A stretch of DNA of 55,583 bases from Oscillospiraceae bacterium (GCA_017848075.1 JAGALG010000125.1:1-55583); one strand, 5' to 3'; shown: positions 11,093 through 20,018, counted from the stretch's first letter. The notes: generated from the sequence alone by a model not told the origin. Program-made: numbers and translations.

Positions 11093-11121
11093 TTTCCAAT
11101 ACAATGGAAAAGTGGTATAAT
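11093..11121 (+). promoter_or_regulatory. Promoter of the ATP-grasp/esterase operon overlapped by a TTTCCA-N6-TGGAAA palindrome
   Basis: TTTCCA-N17-TATAAT with TG extension; inverted repeat across the -35 and spacer. Confidence 0.5.
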
Positions 11122-11217
11122 TAACAGAAATTCCAGCAATCATTGCCGGACTATTTTTTATTTTATGTTGCTTTAACGAATAAATGCGTAAAAGGATAGA
11201 GATTGAGGAGGCACTAT

Positions 11218-12411
11218 ATGAACTTTGTATTTATTTCCCCCCACTTCCCAAAAAGTTATTGGAATTTCTGCGACCGTCTGAAAAAGAACGGCGTCAATGT
11301 ACTGGGCCTTGCGGATGCTCCGTACGATGAGCTTCCACAGGAACTGAAAAACTGTCTGACAGAGTACTATAAAGTTAATAATTTGGAGAACTATGATGAG
11401 GTTCTCCGTGCAATGGGTTACTTTACCCATAAATACGGAAAAATTGATTGGGTAGAATCCAACAACGAATACTGGCTGGAAATGGATGCGCAGATTCGCA
11501 GTGACTTCAATATTACTACCGGCATGAAGGCTCACGAGATTGGTTTCTTCAAGAGCAAATCTGCCATGAAGGAATTTTACCATAAAGCAGGCGTTCCGGT
11601 TGCAAGACACCATATGGTGACCAATAATCGGGAATATGGTTTTGCCTTTATTGAAAAAGTGGGATATCCTGTTGTTGTAAAACCGGATATCGGTGTTGGT
11701 GCTGCAAAAACCTATAAGCTGAAATGTGAAGAGGATGTACATAATTTCTATAATGAGCTGCCGGAGATCCAGTATATCATGGAAGAATTTATTGAGGGCG
11801 CTATAGTTTCCTTTGATGGTATTTCCGGTAACGAGGCGGAGGTCATCTTTGGTACCTCCAATGAATTCCCACCATCCATTATGGATATCGTTAATAATCT
11901 GGATCATGTGTCCTATCATACAGTCAAAGAGGTTTCTCCGGTGCTTCGTGACTGCGGTGAGCGAGTGCTGAAGGCTTTCAATGCAAGAAATCGTTTCTTC
12001 CATCTGGAATTCTTCCGACTGACCAAAGCGAAAGAAGGTTTGGGTGAGGTTGGCGATATTGTCGCTTTGGAAGTAAATATGCGCGCACCGGGTGGCTATA
12101 CTCCGGATATGATCAACTTTGCCAATAGCGTGGATGTATACCAGATCTGGGCTGATATGGTTGCTTTCGGAAAGACCTATGAGGATCTGAATAAACAGCA
12201 CTATTTCGCTGTTTATTGTGCCCGTCGTGATGGTAAGAACTATCTCCACAGCCATGAAGAAATTATGGAACGCTACGGTGACCGCATGGTAATGCGGGAG
12301 CGTATGCCGGAGATCTTCTCTCAGGCTATGGGTAATGAAATGTACACAGCCAAACTGGATACTGCTGAGGAAAAAGACGAGTACATCAACTTTGTTTTGG
12401 CTTTGGCTTAA
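11218..12411 (+). CDS. ATP-grasp domain-containing protein
   Basis: KSAMK, VGYPVVVKPDIGVGA, MEEFIEG, HLEFF, LEVNMRAPGG; GAGGAGG RBS before ATG 11218. Confidence 0.9.
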   Translation: MNFVFISPHFPKSYWNFCDRLKKNGVNVLGLADAPYDELPQELKNCLTEYYKVNNLENYDEVLRAMGYFTHKYGKIDWVESNNEYWLEMDAQIRSDFNITTGMKAHEIGFFKSKSAMKEFYHKAGVPVARHHMVTNNREYGFAFIEKVGYPVVVKPDIGVGAAKTYKLKCEEDVHNFYNELPEIQYIMEEFIEGAIVSFDGISGNEAEVIFGTSNEFPPSIMDIVNNLDHVSYHTVKEVSPVLRDCGERVLKAFNARNRFFHLEFFRLTKAKEGLGEVGDIVALEVNMRAPGGYTPDMINFANSVDVYQIWADMVAFGKTYEDLNKQHYFAVYCARRDGKNYLHSHEEIMERYGDRMVMRERMPEIFSQAMGNEMYTAKLDTAEEKDEYINFVLALA

Positions 12412-12437
12412 TTTTGACAGGAGAGGAAACAGAATCA

Positions 12438-13193
12438 ATGCAAAAACAATACTTTAAAACATACAGCCACTATCTGAACCGGGATATGGAGTTCAATGTC
12501 TATGGTCATGGGGGAAAACCTTGTATCGTATTCCCTTGTCAGGACGGCCGTTTCTTTGACTGGGAAGGCAACCGTATGCATGATGAAGTGATGGGACCAT
12601 GGATTGAAGCAGGAAAACTGCAGCTGTTCTGTGTGGACAGTATCGATAAGGAAAGCTGGTCGGATAAAAACGGTGATGGTGCCTACCGTGCACAGATGCA
12701 GGAAAAATGGTATCATTATGTTGTGGACGAATTTATTCCACTTGTGAAAGAAATCAATGGCAGTGATCAGAAAATGATGTGTACCGGCTGCAGCATGGGA
12801 GCAAGCCACAGTGTTAACTTCTTCCTGCGCCGCCCGGATATCTTTGATACTGTTATTGCACTGAGCGGTGTATACAATGCCAGTGAATTCTTTGGCAGTT
12901 ACATGGACGAAACCTTGTACAACAACTCCTCAAATGATTTCCTGAAAAATCTGCCAAGAGACCACTACTATATCAATGAATACAACAACAGCAATATTAT
13001 TGTATGTGTTGGTCAGGGCGCATGGGAAGATGTGATGCTGGACAGCACTCGCACGCTGCAGTCCATCTTCGCAGAGAAGGGAATCAAGGGTTGGTTTGAT
13101 TATTGGGGTCACGATGTTAACCATGACTGGCCATGGTGGAAAGTACAGCTGCCATATTTCCTGAACCATGTAATTGGAGATCCTAATGCATAA
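12438..13193 (+). CDS. Esterase family alpha/beta hydrolase
   Basis: Nucleophile elbow GCSMG, RRPDIF, LSG, C-terminal HDWPWW. Confidence 0.88.
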   Translation: MQKQYFKTYSHYLNRDMEFNVYGHGGKPCIVFPCQDGRFFDWEGNRMHDEVMGPWIEAGKLQLFCVDSIDKESWSDKNGDGAYRAQMQEKWYHYVVDEFIPLVKEINGSDQKMMCTGCSMGASHSVNFFLRRPDIFDTVIALSGVYNASEFFGSYMDETLYNNSSNDFLKNLPRDHYYINEYNNSNIIVCVGQGAWEDVMLDSTRTLQSIFAEKGIKGWFDYWGHDVNHDWPWWKVQLPYFLNHVIGDPNA

Positions 13194-13206
13194 GTGATAA
13201 CTATGA

Positions 13207-13239
13207 ATACCGCAGGAACAAGTTTCCTGCGGTATTTTC
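13207..13239 (+). terminator. Intrinsic terminator after the esterase
   Basis: AATACCGCAGGAA-CAAGT-TTCCTGCGGTATTTT. Confidence 0.8.
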
Positions 13240-13331
13240 TTATGGAAAAATTCAATGAGTTTTCCGAAAAAAGCCTGTAAGTATCGGAAAAAACGCTGTT
13301 TTTTAAGAAAAATTACAGAGGAAAGGCCCAA

Positions 13332-13366
13332 TATTGATTTTTTGGATTGCTTTGAAAAAATCAATA
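13332..13366. promoter_or_regulatory. 12-bp perfect AT-rich inverted repeat, candidate operator upstream of the LysR pair
   Basis: TATTGATTTTTT-N11-AAAAAATCAATA, upstream of an extended -10 TGCTACAAT at 13399-13407. Confidence 0.45.
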
Positions 13367-13441
13367 AATAAAACTGATTGGTCTATTGAAAGAAGGTTTG
13401 CTACAATAAAAATGAAGTCGAATGGAATGAGGGAAATGACT

Positions 13442-14316
13442 ATGAAAATCGAGAAGCTGTACTATTTTCTTAGTGTAGCAAAACATCGTAATTTTACAAA
13501 AGCGGCACAGGAATGTCATATCGCCCAGCCTGCAATCAGTAAGCAGATGCTTTCTTTGGAGAAGGAACTGGGTTTTCTGCTGTTTGAGCGGAAAAACCGT
13601 CGGGTGGAACTGACTGAGGCCGGTAAAGAGTTTTATCAGTCTATTTCCTGTCTGATCGATGAGTATGAAGCTAGTGTTCGCCGTGTACAGCAGCTGCCGG
13701 AAGAGGCCAGCCATCTGTGTGTGGAATTAGTGCTTTAAGCGATAAGAAGATGCTATCCATTGCATTACAGCAGTTGAAAGAGCAGTTCCCACGACTGGAA
13801 ATTGAAATGAAAACAGTTTGTGCATCGGCACCGAGCCAATGGCTGACGGAGGATGCCTGTGACATCGCTTTTACATGGAGTGAGCTGACAGATTTGCCGG
13901 AATCCATCGAAAGTTGTGTTATTGCAGAGCGTAGCTGTCAGGTGTTGCTTAACCAGCAACACCCTTTGGCTGAGAAGGAAACTTTGAGCTGCAGTGATTT
14001 GGCAGGACAGAGGCTGTTGATCCCAGCCTGCCCTCATTGTCAGCGTTTTACTCAGTTCTATATGGAACGGATGCGGTCTTTGGGTATTCCTGTAGTAGAT
14101 ACAGCTACTGCAAGAGATACAGAGAGTCTGTTCTTTATGCTGGAGGGTAATGTTGGTGTTGCTATCGTACCAAAAGGCGCTTTTGATGGGATGAATGCCT
14201 CTGTTATATCCAAAACACTGGAGGGCTGCCTGAAGTTTGGTCAGTGGAAAGCATTGTACCGTCGGGAAAATTCCAATCAGATGATTCGCAGTCTTTTGGG
14301 GCTGTTGATGAGATAA
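13442..14316 (+). pseudogene. LysR-family regulator split by a frameshift at about 13723 (real lesion or sequencing error)
   Basis: HTH (FTKAAQECHIAQPAISKQ..LEKELG..LFER) in one frame, substrate-binding domain in another; one extra G gives HLCVGISA, matching NLCIGIPG in the neighbouring paralog. Confidence 0.85.
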
Positions 14317-14326
14317 AGGAGAAACC

Positions 14327-15190
14327 ATGGGTATTGAAAAGTTGGATTACTTTGTTTGCGCTGCCAAGCATCGTAATTTTACAAAAGCAGCCAAAGAATG
14401 TGGCGTTGCTCAGTCGGCCATTAGCCAGCAGATTGCTTCGCTGGAAAATGACTTGAACTGTGTTCTGTTCCGTCGTCATGGACGCAGCGTGGAATTGACT
14501 ACACAAGGCGAACTGCTTTTTGAAGATGCCAGACGGATCCAGGCGATGTACCAGCAGGCTGTGCAGAAGGCGCAGGCGGTAGCTTTCCGCAAGGAAGAGC
14601 ATAATTTGTGTATCGGTATTCCGGGATTGGAAGCAGCCTCTGCTCTGAAAGAAAAGATTACCTGTTGGAAACAGTATTGCCCGCAGCTGGAAGTAAAGCT
14701 GCAGCGGTATAGCTCGGAGTATTGCCGTCGGGAGCTGGATCAGCAGATTTATGATGCGATTCTTTGTTTCTGGACTCCACAGGATGAGGAGCGGGACTAT
14801 GCTTACGAGGAGCTGGGACGCAAAATCGTACATATTTTTATTTCCGAGTATAATCCATTGAGCAAACAGGAAGGACTTAGCTTCCAGCAGATTCTGGAGA
14901 AGTCGAATAAATTATATATGAGTTACGATATTTGGGCGCAGCTGCAGGCTCAGGGCCTTCTTGGGGAAGAGGAGATGGACAAAGTTCAACGCTTCCACGA
15001 TCAGGATCTGCTGATTCCAATGGGCAGCATCAACCATGCAGTCGTTTTGACGACAGGATTGCGGCCTCATGATATGGCAGAGGATATGAAAGAATATCCG
15101 CTGCAGAGTCCTGCTGTTGAGTTGAGAGAGATTTTGCTGTACCGCCGTTGTAGTCGTCATAAACTGCCGGATGACCAGATAAAGGAATAA
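14327..15190 (+). CDS. LysR-family transcriptional regulator
   Basis: HRNFTKAAKECGVAQSAISQQIASLE..LFRRHGRSVELT HTH; AAGGAG RBS. Confidence 0.92.
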   Translation: MGIEKLDYFVCAAKHRNFTKAAKECGVAQSAISQQIASLENDLNCVLFRRHGRSVELTTQGELLFEDARRIQAMYQQAVQKAQAVAFRKEEHNLCIGIPGLEAASALKEKITCWKQYCPQLEVKLQRYSSEYCRRELDQQIYDAILCFWTPQDEERDYAYEELGRKIVHIFISEYNPLSKQEGLSFQQILEKSNKLYMSYDIWAQLQAQGLLGEEEMDKVQRFHDQDLLIPMGSINHAVVLTTGLRPHDMAEDMKEYPLQSPAVELREILLYRRCSRHKLPDDQIKE

Positions 15191-15194
15191 GAGC

Positions 15195-15219
15195 AAAAGG
15201 GCCGCTTCGGCCCTTTTTT
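15195..15219 (+). terminator. Intrinsic terminator after the LysR pair
   Basis: AAAAGGGCCG-CTT-CGGCCCTTTTTT. Confidence 0.8.
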
Positions 15220-15313
15220 CTTGGAATGACATGAAAAATTCATGGAATAGAGTTGATTTGTACATGGAAAATCCTGTACTATTAAATCATAGAAAAACTG
15301 GGAGGTCGAGTTC

Positions 15314-15994
15314 TTGGAACCACAAAAAATTCTCGAACAGATCAAAAGCAGCGGTCGTAATGCGGAAGAAGTTCTGAAAATGGCCTATGATATGCAGCGC
15401 TCTATTGTGCTGTACGAGTCCGGTATTCAGGAAGTTCGCACCAAGCTGGAAATCCTGCAGAGGGAAGCACAGACCAAAGGTGGCCATACGCCGATTGAAA
15501 CGATCAAAAGCCGTGTAAAAAATGTGTTCAGTGTGCTGGAAAAGCTGGAACGCAAAGGTTTTGAAGTATCGATGAAATCAGTGGAAGAAAATCTTCATGA
15601 TGTGGCCGGTATTCGTGTGATCTGTCCTTATATTGAAGATATTTACGAAGTAGCTGAATGGCTGCGCCGGCAGGATGATTTGCGAATCCTCATTGAGAAA
15701 GATTATATTAAAAATCCAAAACCAAACGGATACCGCAGCTTCCACATGGTGGTGGAGGTACCAGTCTTTTTGGCTGACAGCAAACGCTATGTGCGGGTTG
15801 AGATTCAGCTGAGGACCATTGCTATGGATTTCTGGGCCAGTCTGGAGCATCAGATCCACTATAAGGGCCCGGAAGCAGTGCCGGGAAGCATTAGCAGCAA
15901 GCTGCGGCAGTGTGCTCAAACCATTGCGGCAATCGATGAACAGATGTTGGAAATTTATAAAGAAGTTCGGGCATTGCCGGACAAAGAAGTGTAA
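15314..15994 (+). CDS. Small alarmone synthetase (RelP/RelQ-type GTP pyrophosphokinase)
   Basis: SRVK, DVAGIRVIC, KDYIKNPKPNGYRSFH, EIQLRTIAMDFWASLEH; TTG start after GGAGG. Confidence 0.93.
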   Translation: MEPQKILEQIKSSGRNAEEVLKMAYDMQRSIVLYESGIQEVRTKLEILQREAQTKGGHTPIETIKSRVKNVFSVLEKLERKGFEVSMKSVEENLHDVAGIRVICPYIEDIYEVAEWLRRQDDLRILIEKDYIKNPKPNGYRSFHMVVEVPVFLADSKRYVRVEIQLRTIAMDFWASLEHQIHYKGPEAVPGSISSKLRQCAQTIAAIDEQMLEIYKEVRALPDKEV

Positions 15995-16040
15995 CCAAAC
16001 AGCCCTCCTTTTCGTTTTTATGGAAAAGGAGGGCTGTTTT

Positions 16041-16451
16041 ATGAAGAAAAGAGTATTTTGGTTTATTATTGTGTTGGCGACTGCTTTGGCAGTAGGGCAA
16101 GGGGCTCGTTATTTTTCTACGGATACTGAGCGAGCAAAGGACTGTGATACAGAACCAAAAGAAGAACAGCAGGAAACATATTCTGTGCCGGAGGAAACGG
16201 AGGAGCCAGTGGTGTTTCAGCGCAAGGTTTATGTTCAAGGGGCTTTGTACAGTGAAGCCGGACCAAGCGATGTACTGCCAACCTGCGGAACGATGGACGG
16301 CACGCTTGATCTTGTGGTGGCGGAGGATGAGCTTCCAAACGAAGAGGGAGAAGCCAACTTCCCTGGAGCGGAGGGATACCAGAATCACAGCGAAAACAGT
16401 ATCAATGTCTATATCAAAGAGATTGGTTGGATTCGTTTTATCAAAGAGTAA
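16041..16451 (+). CDS. Hypothetical exported/membrane-anchored protein
   Basis: AGGAGG RBS; MKKR plus hydrophobic segment, acidic linker, C-terminal CGTMDG..NF..GYQ domain. Confidence 0.75.
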   Translation: MKKRVFWFIIVLATALAVGQGARYFSTDTERAKDCDTEPKEEQQETYSVPEETEEPVVFQRKVYVQGALYSEAGPSDVLPTCGTMDGTLDLVVAEDELPNEEGEANFPGAEGYQNHSENSINVYIKEIGWIRFIKE

Positions 16452-16592
16452 AAGAAAAGCCTCCCCGATGGGCGGGGTTCATAAGACAGTTGACAGGCAC
16501 AGCGAATCAAACTGCTGTGCCTGTTGTATCTTTGGCCTGTCTATGATAATATGGAACCAGTTAACCCAATAGAAATTTATAGGAGTCACAAT

Positions 16593-17381
16593 ATGAAAAA
16601 TATAAACAAAACAAAATTTTCCTGTCAACGAGATGGGCTGACGATTCGAGGATATGAATACAGACCTCAAGGGGGAAATTTACCCATCGCTATTGTAAGC
16701 CACGGCTTTATGGCAAATCAGATGACCGTTAAGCACTATGCGCAGTTCCTTGCAGGTATGGGGTATGCAGCATTTTGTTTTGATTTTAATGGTGGCTCTA
16801 TTATGATGGGAAAGAGTGACGGAAAGACCAGCGATATGTCTGTTATAACCGAAGTAAGCGACCTCTGTGCCGTTATTGAATATACCAAGAGACTGGAGCA
16901 CACCGACTCCTCAAATATTCTCTTGATGGGATGTAGCCAAGGAGGCTTTGTTTCGGCTCTTACAGCAGCGAAGCTGAAAGACCAAATCGACAAGCTTGTC
17001 TTGTTCTATCCCGCACTTTGTATTCCTGATGATGCAAGAAGCGGAAAAATGATGTGGGCGAAATTTGACCCTCAAAATATTCCTGAGATCGTGAAATGTG
17101 GCCCGATGAAACTTGGTCGCTGCTATATAGCGGATGTTGTCCATATGAATCCATTTGATGAAATAAAGGGCTATGAGGGCGATGTGCTGATCGTTCACGG
17201 CACGGCAGACAAAATCGTAAATATCAGTTACGCCGAACAAACTGTGGCAACATACAAATCTGAGCCATATGAGCGTAGCGTTACATACCGCACCATTGAA
17301 GGCGGTAAGCATATGTTCTCGAAAAATCACGATAAAATCGCCTTAAAGTATCTGACTGAATTTGTAAATGCACAATGGTAA
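16593..17381 (+). CDS. Alpha/beta hydrolase (cinnamoyl/feruloyl esterase-like)
   Basis: SHGF, GCSQGG nucleophile, HGTADKIV, GGKHMF; AGGAG RBS; visibly more AT-rich than neighbours. Confidence 0.88.
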   Translation: MKNINKTKFSCQRDGLTIRGYEYRPQGGNLPIAIVSHGFMANQMTVKHYAQFLAGMGYAAFCFDFNGGSIMMGKSDGKTSDMSVITEVSDLCAVIEYTKRLEHTDSSNILLMGCSQGGFVSALTAAKLKDQIDKLVLFYPALCIPDDARSGKMMWAKFDPQNIPEIVKCGPMKLGRCYIADVVHMNPFDEIKGYEGDVLIVHGTADKIVNISYAEQTVATYKSEPYERSVTYRTIEGGKHMFSKNHDKIALKYLTEFVNAQW

Positions 17382-17408
17382 CAATTTAGATGAAGTGCGA
17401 ACAACGAT

Positions 17409-17441
17409 AAAAGCCAAGCTACAGAATGTAGCTTGGCTTTT
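17409..17441 (+). terminator. Terminator of the cassette hydrolase
   Basis: AAAAGCCAAGCTACA-GAA-TGTAGCTTGGCTTTT. Confidence 0.85.
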
Positions 17442-17485
17442 ACTGTTTTATGAAGCCCCGCCTAAGTAGGGAGGCTTTTGTGGTT

Positions 17486-19447
17486 TTAGATACCCAGATA
17501 TTCTTTGATGAACAGCTGCATCTCTGCGAAGGTGCGGTACATGGTATCACCGACGCCGCGGCTGTGACCGCCTTCTGCCAATACACGAAGAACAGCAGGG
17601 CCGCCCTGAGTGTATTCCTGCATTTTTGCTGCAAATTTCTTTGCATGGTATGGAGGAACATTATTGTCCGGTTCGCAGGTCTGGATATAAATTGGTGGGT
17701 AGTTTTCTGCACGAACATTGTGGTATGGAGAGTAGCTCAGCAGGTACTCCAGCATATCAGCTTCACGAGGGTTGCCGTACTCGGTGATATAGCGAGGACC
17801 GGCAGGGTCATACATGAAGCGAACGATATCTGTATGAGGAACCGATGCAATAACAGCACCCCACAGGTCTGGACGCATGGTGGTCAAAGCAGTCATCAGC
17901 AAACCACCGTTGGAACCGCCGCAGATAGCGATGCGACCTTTCTTGGTCCAGTTATTGGCGATCATCCACTCTGCAATATCGATGAAGTCCTGGAAAGCGT
18001 TTTTCTTGGTTTTCAGCATGCCGGCTTCGTGCCAACGAGAGCCATATTCATTACCGCCGCGCATGTTGCAGTTAACATAGACGCCGCCTTTTTCTACCCA
18101 CTCCCAGCCGGACAGGCCGATGAAACCGTTGCGGTAGGAAGGAGTCATGGCCAGATTATAGCCGCCATAGCCATACATCAAAACCGGATTATCTCCGTTC
18201 AGCTGAACATCTTTTTTATGTACAATGAAAGCAGGGATCTTTTCGCCGTCACGAGCGGTAACAAAAACTTCGGTAGTTACGATATCGTCCGGGATTACAT
18301 CGCTATAAGCGCTGTAAACCTTTTTCACAGAGCCGTCACGCTCGTCCCATGCGTACAGGGAAGGTGCGATGGTGAAGGACTGGAAGGTGAAGTATACCAG
18401 ATGGCTGCCAGCAGCAGGAGCGGAAATGTCGGACATAGAGCCGCAAGCATCCGGAAGTTCCGCACATTCGAGCAGCTGTCCGTCAAAGCCATACAGTTCC
18501 AGTCTGGAGCAAACATCCTCCATGAAGGAAACCAGGATACCACGGCTGCAGACTGCGGCACTGGTGATCATACGATTGCCTTCCGGAATGATGGTTTCGC
18601 CGTTTGCTTCGATAATTTTGCCCAAAGAAGCGCCGTTGTCCGTCAGAATGTAATGTTTGCCGTCGTGAGAGCCGCAGTATACATGGCTGGCACGGAGTTC
18701 ACCGGTCAGGGAAGTAACGGTGCCATCTTTGCTGATGTGGAGCAGTTCATTCTGGCCAAAGCTGAATTTGGAGTTTGCCATAACGGAGTTATCCGGAGCA
18801 GCATCAATGGTAACAAAGGCACGGTTTCTTGGTGCGCTGTACATCAGTTTGTTTTCGCCGTCTTCGGTCCAGCGGTAAACAGGGTTGTCATTGTAACCTT
18901 CCGCACGGTTTGGCAGAGTCTGAGAATACCACATAGCACCGTCTTCGGTCCATACGAAGGAAATGATATCATCGTACTGGCAGAGAACCTCTTTGCTTTC
19001 GATGTTGTACACGATCACAGAACCCATGTGGGCGCCTTTCAGCATACCACGGAAGCAAACCAGTTTTTCGTTGGTTGGGCTTGGCTGCATATCAAAAAGA
19101 TTGATGTTATCCAGAAGTTCTTCGCCAACGGTAGCAATTTCATTGCGGTCCTGATCCATGAGAACGGGAATGAATTTGCCGCTGACATCATGGCGCATGA
19201 TGTAGATGCGGCCATGTTTTTCAACAGGAACGCCATATTCTACCTGTGGAACACGGGCTTTCAGCTTGGCAGCCAGTTCCTGCACTGGTTTGCCTTCAAA
19301 CCAGCCGTCGGTGTGTTTGTTCTGCTCAGCAACCCAAGCCAGAACTTCCGGATCGTGGCGATCCTCCAGCCACTGGTAAGGGTCTTTGTTTTCGTAAGTG
19401 CCAATCATTTCAGTGAAATCACACTTGCGGGTAGATGGGTAATTCAT
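17486..19447 (-). CDS. Prolyl oligopeptidase (S9A)
   Basis: DPYQWLED, YGYGGY, NMRGGNEYG..WH, GGSNGG, D..V and GH catalytic motifs; own promoter TTGACA-N17-TACCTT at 19494-19522. Confidence 0.93.
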   Translation of the reverse strand: MNYPSTRKCDFTEMIGTYENKDPYQWLEDRHDPEVLAWVAEQNKHTDGWFEGKPVQELAAKLKARVPQVEYGVPVEKHGRIYIMRHDVSGKFIPVLMDQDRNEIATVGEELLDNINLFDMQPSPTNEKLVCFRGMLKGAHMGSVIVYNIESKEVLCQYDDIISFVWTEDGAMWYSQTLPNRAEGYNDNPVYRWTEDGENKLMYSAPRNRAFVTIDAAPDNSVMANSKFSFGQNELLHISKDGTVTSLTGELRASHVYCGSHDGKHYILTDNGASLGKIIEANGETIIPEGNRMITSAAVCSRGILVSFMEDVCSRLELYGFDGQLLECAELPDACGSMSDISAPAAGSHLVYFTFQSFTIAPSLYAWDERDGSVKKVYSAYSDVIPDDIVTTEVFVTARDGEKIPAFIVHKKDVQLNGDNPVLMYGYGGYNLAMTPSYRNGFIGLSGWEWVEKGGVYVNCNMRGGNEYGSRWHEAGMLKTKKNAFQDFIDIAEWMIANNWTKKGRIAICGGSNGGLLMTALTTMRPDLWGAVIASVPHTDIVRFMYDPAGPRYITEYGNPREADMLEYLLSYSPYHNVRAENYPPIYIQTCEPDNNVPPYHAKKFAAKMQEYTQGGPAVLRVLAEGGHSRGVGDTMYRTFAEMQLFIKEYLGI

Positions 19448-19591
19448 AGACAGATCTCTCCTTTATATGATTTAGGGTCAGCTCACTAATTCCAAGGTAT
19501 CACATGGGTAAACAGTTGTCAAATAGAAAAAAAGAAGGATTTTTTATCCAGTATTACAAAAAAGCCGCTGCGGCATAGCCGCAGCGACTTT

Positions 19592-19738
19592 CTATAGCTT
19601 TTCAGGTCGCAGATCTTCCAAGTCTGCTTCGGGGATATCGTTTTCCAGATTGTCCCGAGCCAGATCGTTATCCAGAACAGGATAGAAGTCTGGGATCGGT
19701 TTTTCACGAAGGCGTTTGGGTTTTGGCTGTTTTGGCAT
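19592..19738 (-). CDS. 48-aa small protein (MPKQPKPKRLREKPIPDFYPVLD...), possibly forespore-expressed
   Basis: GAGGTG RBS; GTATA-N17-TATGCTA SigG-like promoter (19756-19784); terminator hairpin at about 19560-19591. Confidence 0.6.
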   Translation of the reverse strand: MPKQPKPKRLREKPIPDFYPVLDNDLARDNLENDIPEADLEDLRPEKL

Positions 19739-19784
19739 GAAGATCACCTCGACAGTAGCATATCCATACTGCTTGTTTCTATAC

Positions 19785-19815
19785 AAAAAAGGCGGCCCCG
19801 CCAAAGCGGGACCGC
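19785..19815 (-). terminator. Intrinsic terminator of the 27-aa peptide gene
   Basis: Minus strand GCGGTCCCGC-TTTG-GCGGGGCCGC-CTTTTTT. Confidence 0.85.
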
Positions 19816-19826
19816 TGAACTGTGAA

Positions 19827-19910
19827 TTAGCAGCCGAAACCACAGAGCTGGCTGAGAATCTGCCAGATGGAGCTGCAAGCATTGTTGTTGGTGCAGTGAA
19901 AGAAGAACAT
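19827..19910 (-). CDS. 27-aa cysteine-rich peptide MFFFHCTNNNACSSIWQILSQLCGFGC (not in ORF track)
   Basis: AGGAGG 7 nt before ATG; TTGCAT-N17-TATAAT promoter (19955-19983); terminator immediately after TAA. Confidence 0.7.
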   Translation of the reverse strand: MFFFHCTNNNACSSIWQILSQLCGFGC

Positions 19911-20018
19911 TGTTTGACCTCCTGATAAGTATTTGTCTCGCGAGGACAGTTCTTATTATACGGATTTATTGCACCCAATGCAAATGTAAGTATTGGTAAG
20001 GGGAGCGGTGAAAAACGA

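Larger units (their letters stand above)
16455..17479. mobile_element. Putative non-autonomous inverted-repeat-flanked gene cassette inserted in a terminator
   Basis: 16455-16490 AAAAGCCTCCCCGATGGGCGGGGTTCATAAGACAGT versus reverse complement of 17442-17479 AAAAGCCTCCCTACTTAGGCGGGGCTTCATAAAACAGT; encloses one AT-richer gene; no transposase. Confidence 0.55.

Noticed and set aside
17486-19910. RiPP cluster made of the Cys-rich peptide and the prolyl oligopeptidase
   Set aside because: No modifying enzyme or exporter is adjacent, two terminators and a separate promoter intervene, and the peptide has no proline; kept only as a caveat in the peptide finding.
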